A DNA stretch of 64,000 nt from Limisphaerales bacterium (GTDB lineage: Bacteria > Verrucomicrobiota > Verrucomicrobiia > Limisphaerales > SXQI01), in the NCBI GenBank assembly GCA_044226545.1, contig JBGAGW010000009.1, positions 24,438 through 88,437 on the forward strand, given 5' to 3'. Made by a program: the position numbers and the translations under genes. The notes under the pieces were generated by a model. The model saw only the letters and a program-made list of their open reading frames with translations. It had not been told where the DNA came from and made no database searches. This document shows, piece after piece, positions 63,502 to 64,000 of this stretch; the stretch's first letter is position 1; every line of letters starts with the position of its first letter.

Positions 63502-64000
63502 ATGAAAACGGAAATAAAAAAGAATCACCGCTTACCAATCCAAACCGCCGCTCTGTTCTCCGATCCCTATGAATGGTGCATCCTCGATTGGGTGTACTGG
63601 AGGACAAACACTCAGACAGACCGTACTTGGATTTGTCGAATGAATCCGATTGCCGAAAATACTCCTGTAAAAAGACTCCAGACCATTAACAAAACCTTGG
63701 AACGTCTTTGTCAAATGGGGATCGGATTTTCGAAAATTCCTTTCGGAGTGCCACAACGCAGAAATCAAAAAGGCCAAACCCTGAAAGTTGAAGCCACCCA
63801 ATCATATCAATACATCTTCGATGCCGCCGCTTTTGATTCGTGGCTTGCCGAAAGCGGTAAGACTCTTACCGAAAGCGGTAAGAGGGTCTTAACAGAAACG
63901 GTAAGGGGCCTTGCCGAAAGCGGTAAGTGTACCTTGCCGAAAACGGTAAGTAAAAACATTGATAAAAAGAATGAAGTAAAAGAAGGTACTAAAAAAGAAG
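63502..64000 (+). CDS. Replication initiator-like protein, 3'-truncated by window edge
   Basis: Open frame MKTEIKKNHRLP... to the window end; GAAAGGA RBS-like motif; HTH-like N-terminus; intragenic iterons. Confidence 0.75.
   Translation, partial: MKTEIKKNHRLPIQTAALFSDPYEWCILDWVYWRTNTQTDRTWICRMNPIAENTPVKRLQTINKTLERLCQMGIGFSKIPFGVPQRRNQKGQTLKVEATQSYQYIFDAAAFDSWLAESGKTLTESGKRVLTETVRGLAESGKCTLPKTVSKNIDKKNEVKEGTKKE
63844..63950. repeat. Five 18-bp palindromic iterons (putative origin)
   Basis: CTT(G/A)CCGAAAGCGGTAAG-like units at 63844, 63865, 63888, 63910 and 63933, followed by an A-rich tract. Confidence 0.88.

Larger units (their letters stand above)
59250..64000. mobile_element. Left end of a prophage, satellite or other integrative element (runs off window)
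   Basis: Abrupt shift to AT-richer sequence, tyrosine integrase, small ORFs, Rep with iterons. Confidence 0.85.

Noticed and set aside
63844-63950. Palindromic repeats resembling a mini-CRISPR
   Set aside because: Spacers are only 3-5 nt, the repeats are inside an ORF and no cas genes are present; iterons fit better.

Overview
Bacterial chromosomal window, probably Verrucomicrobiota (Pedosphaera/Limisphaera-like). This is inferred from a VPDSG/VPDGG-CTERM protein, PVC-type palindromic repeats and gene content. Bases 1-44 kb look like a core/variable backbone: a tandem RND permease pair plus MFP, a Phd-RelE toxin-antitoxin pair, orphan mcsA, CE15 esterase, a protease fusion, CotH kinase, DUF3300-DUF2950-SYLF, a beta-propeller sensor kinase, a divergent FolP/EgtD-like/RibD-like trio, M48 peptidase, GSDH-triheme protein, mnmE, holB, O-antigen ligase, S8 protease, pilT-pilU and tRNA-Tyr. 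Bases 44-59 kb, between inward-facing tRNA-Tyr and tRNA-Arg(TCG), are rich in secreted proteins and regulators. From about 59.25 kb to the end is the AT-richer left end of an integrative element or prophage: tyrosine integrase, cargo genes, a small-ORF operon and a replication initiator with internal iterons. Unusually, it sits on the 5' side of the tRNA. Main leads: (i) a shared ~65-aa C-terminal 'F(F/Y)R' domain on five unrelated secreted proteins, a candidate sorting signal; (ii) the 5'-side tRNA integration; (iii) a palindromic repeat translated in-frame inside a signal peptide; (iv) a non-canonical FolP plus methyltransferase plus reductase cluster; (v) a CTGTCA-N4-TGACAG box shared by three upstream regions; (vi) recurrent apparently leaderless genes. 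All family assignments are by eye from motifs; no searches were run.
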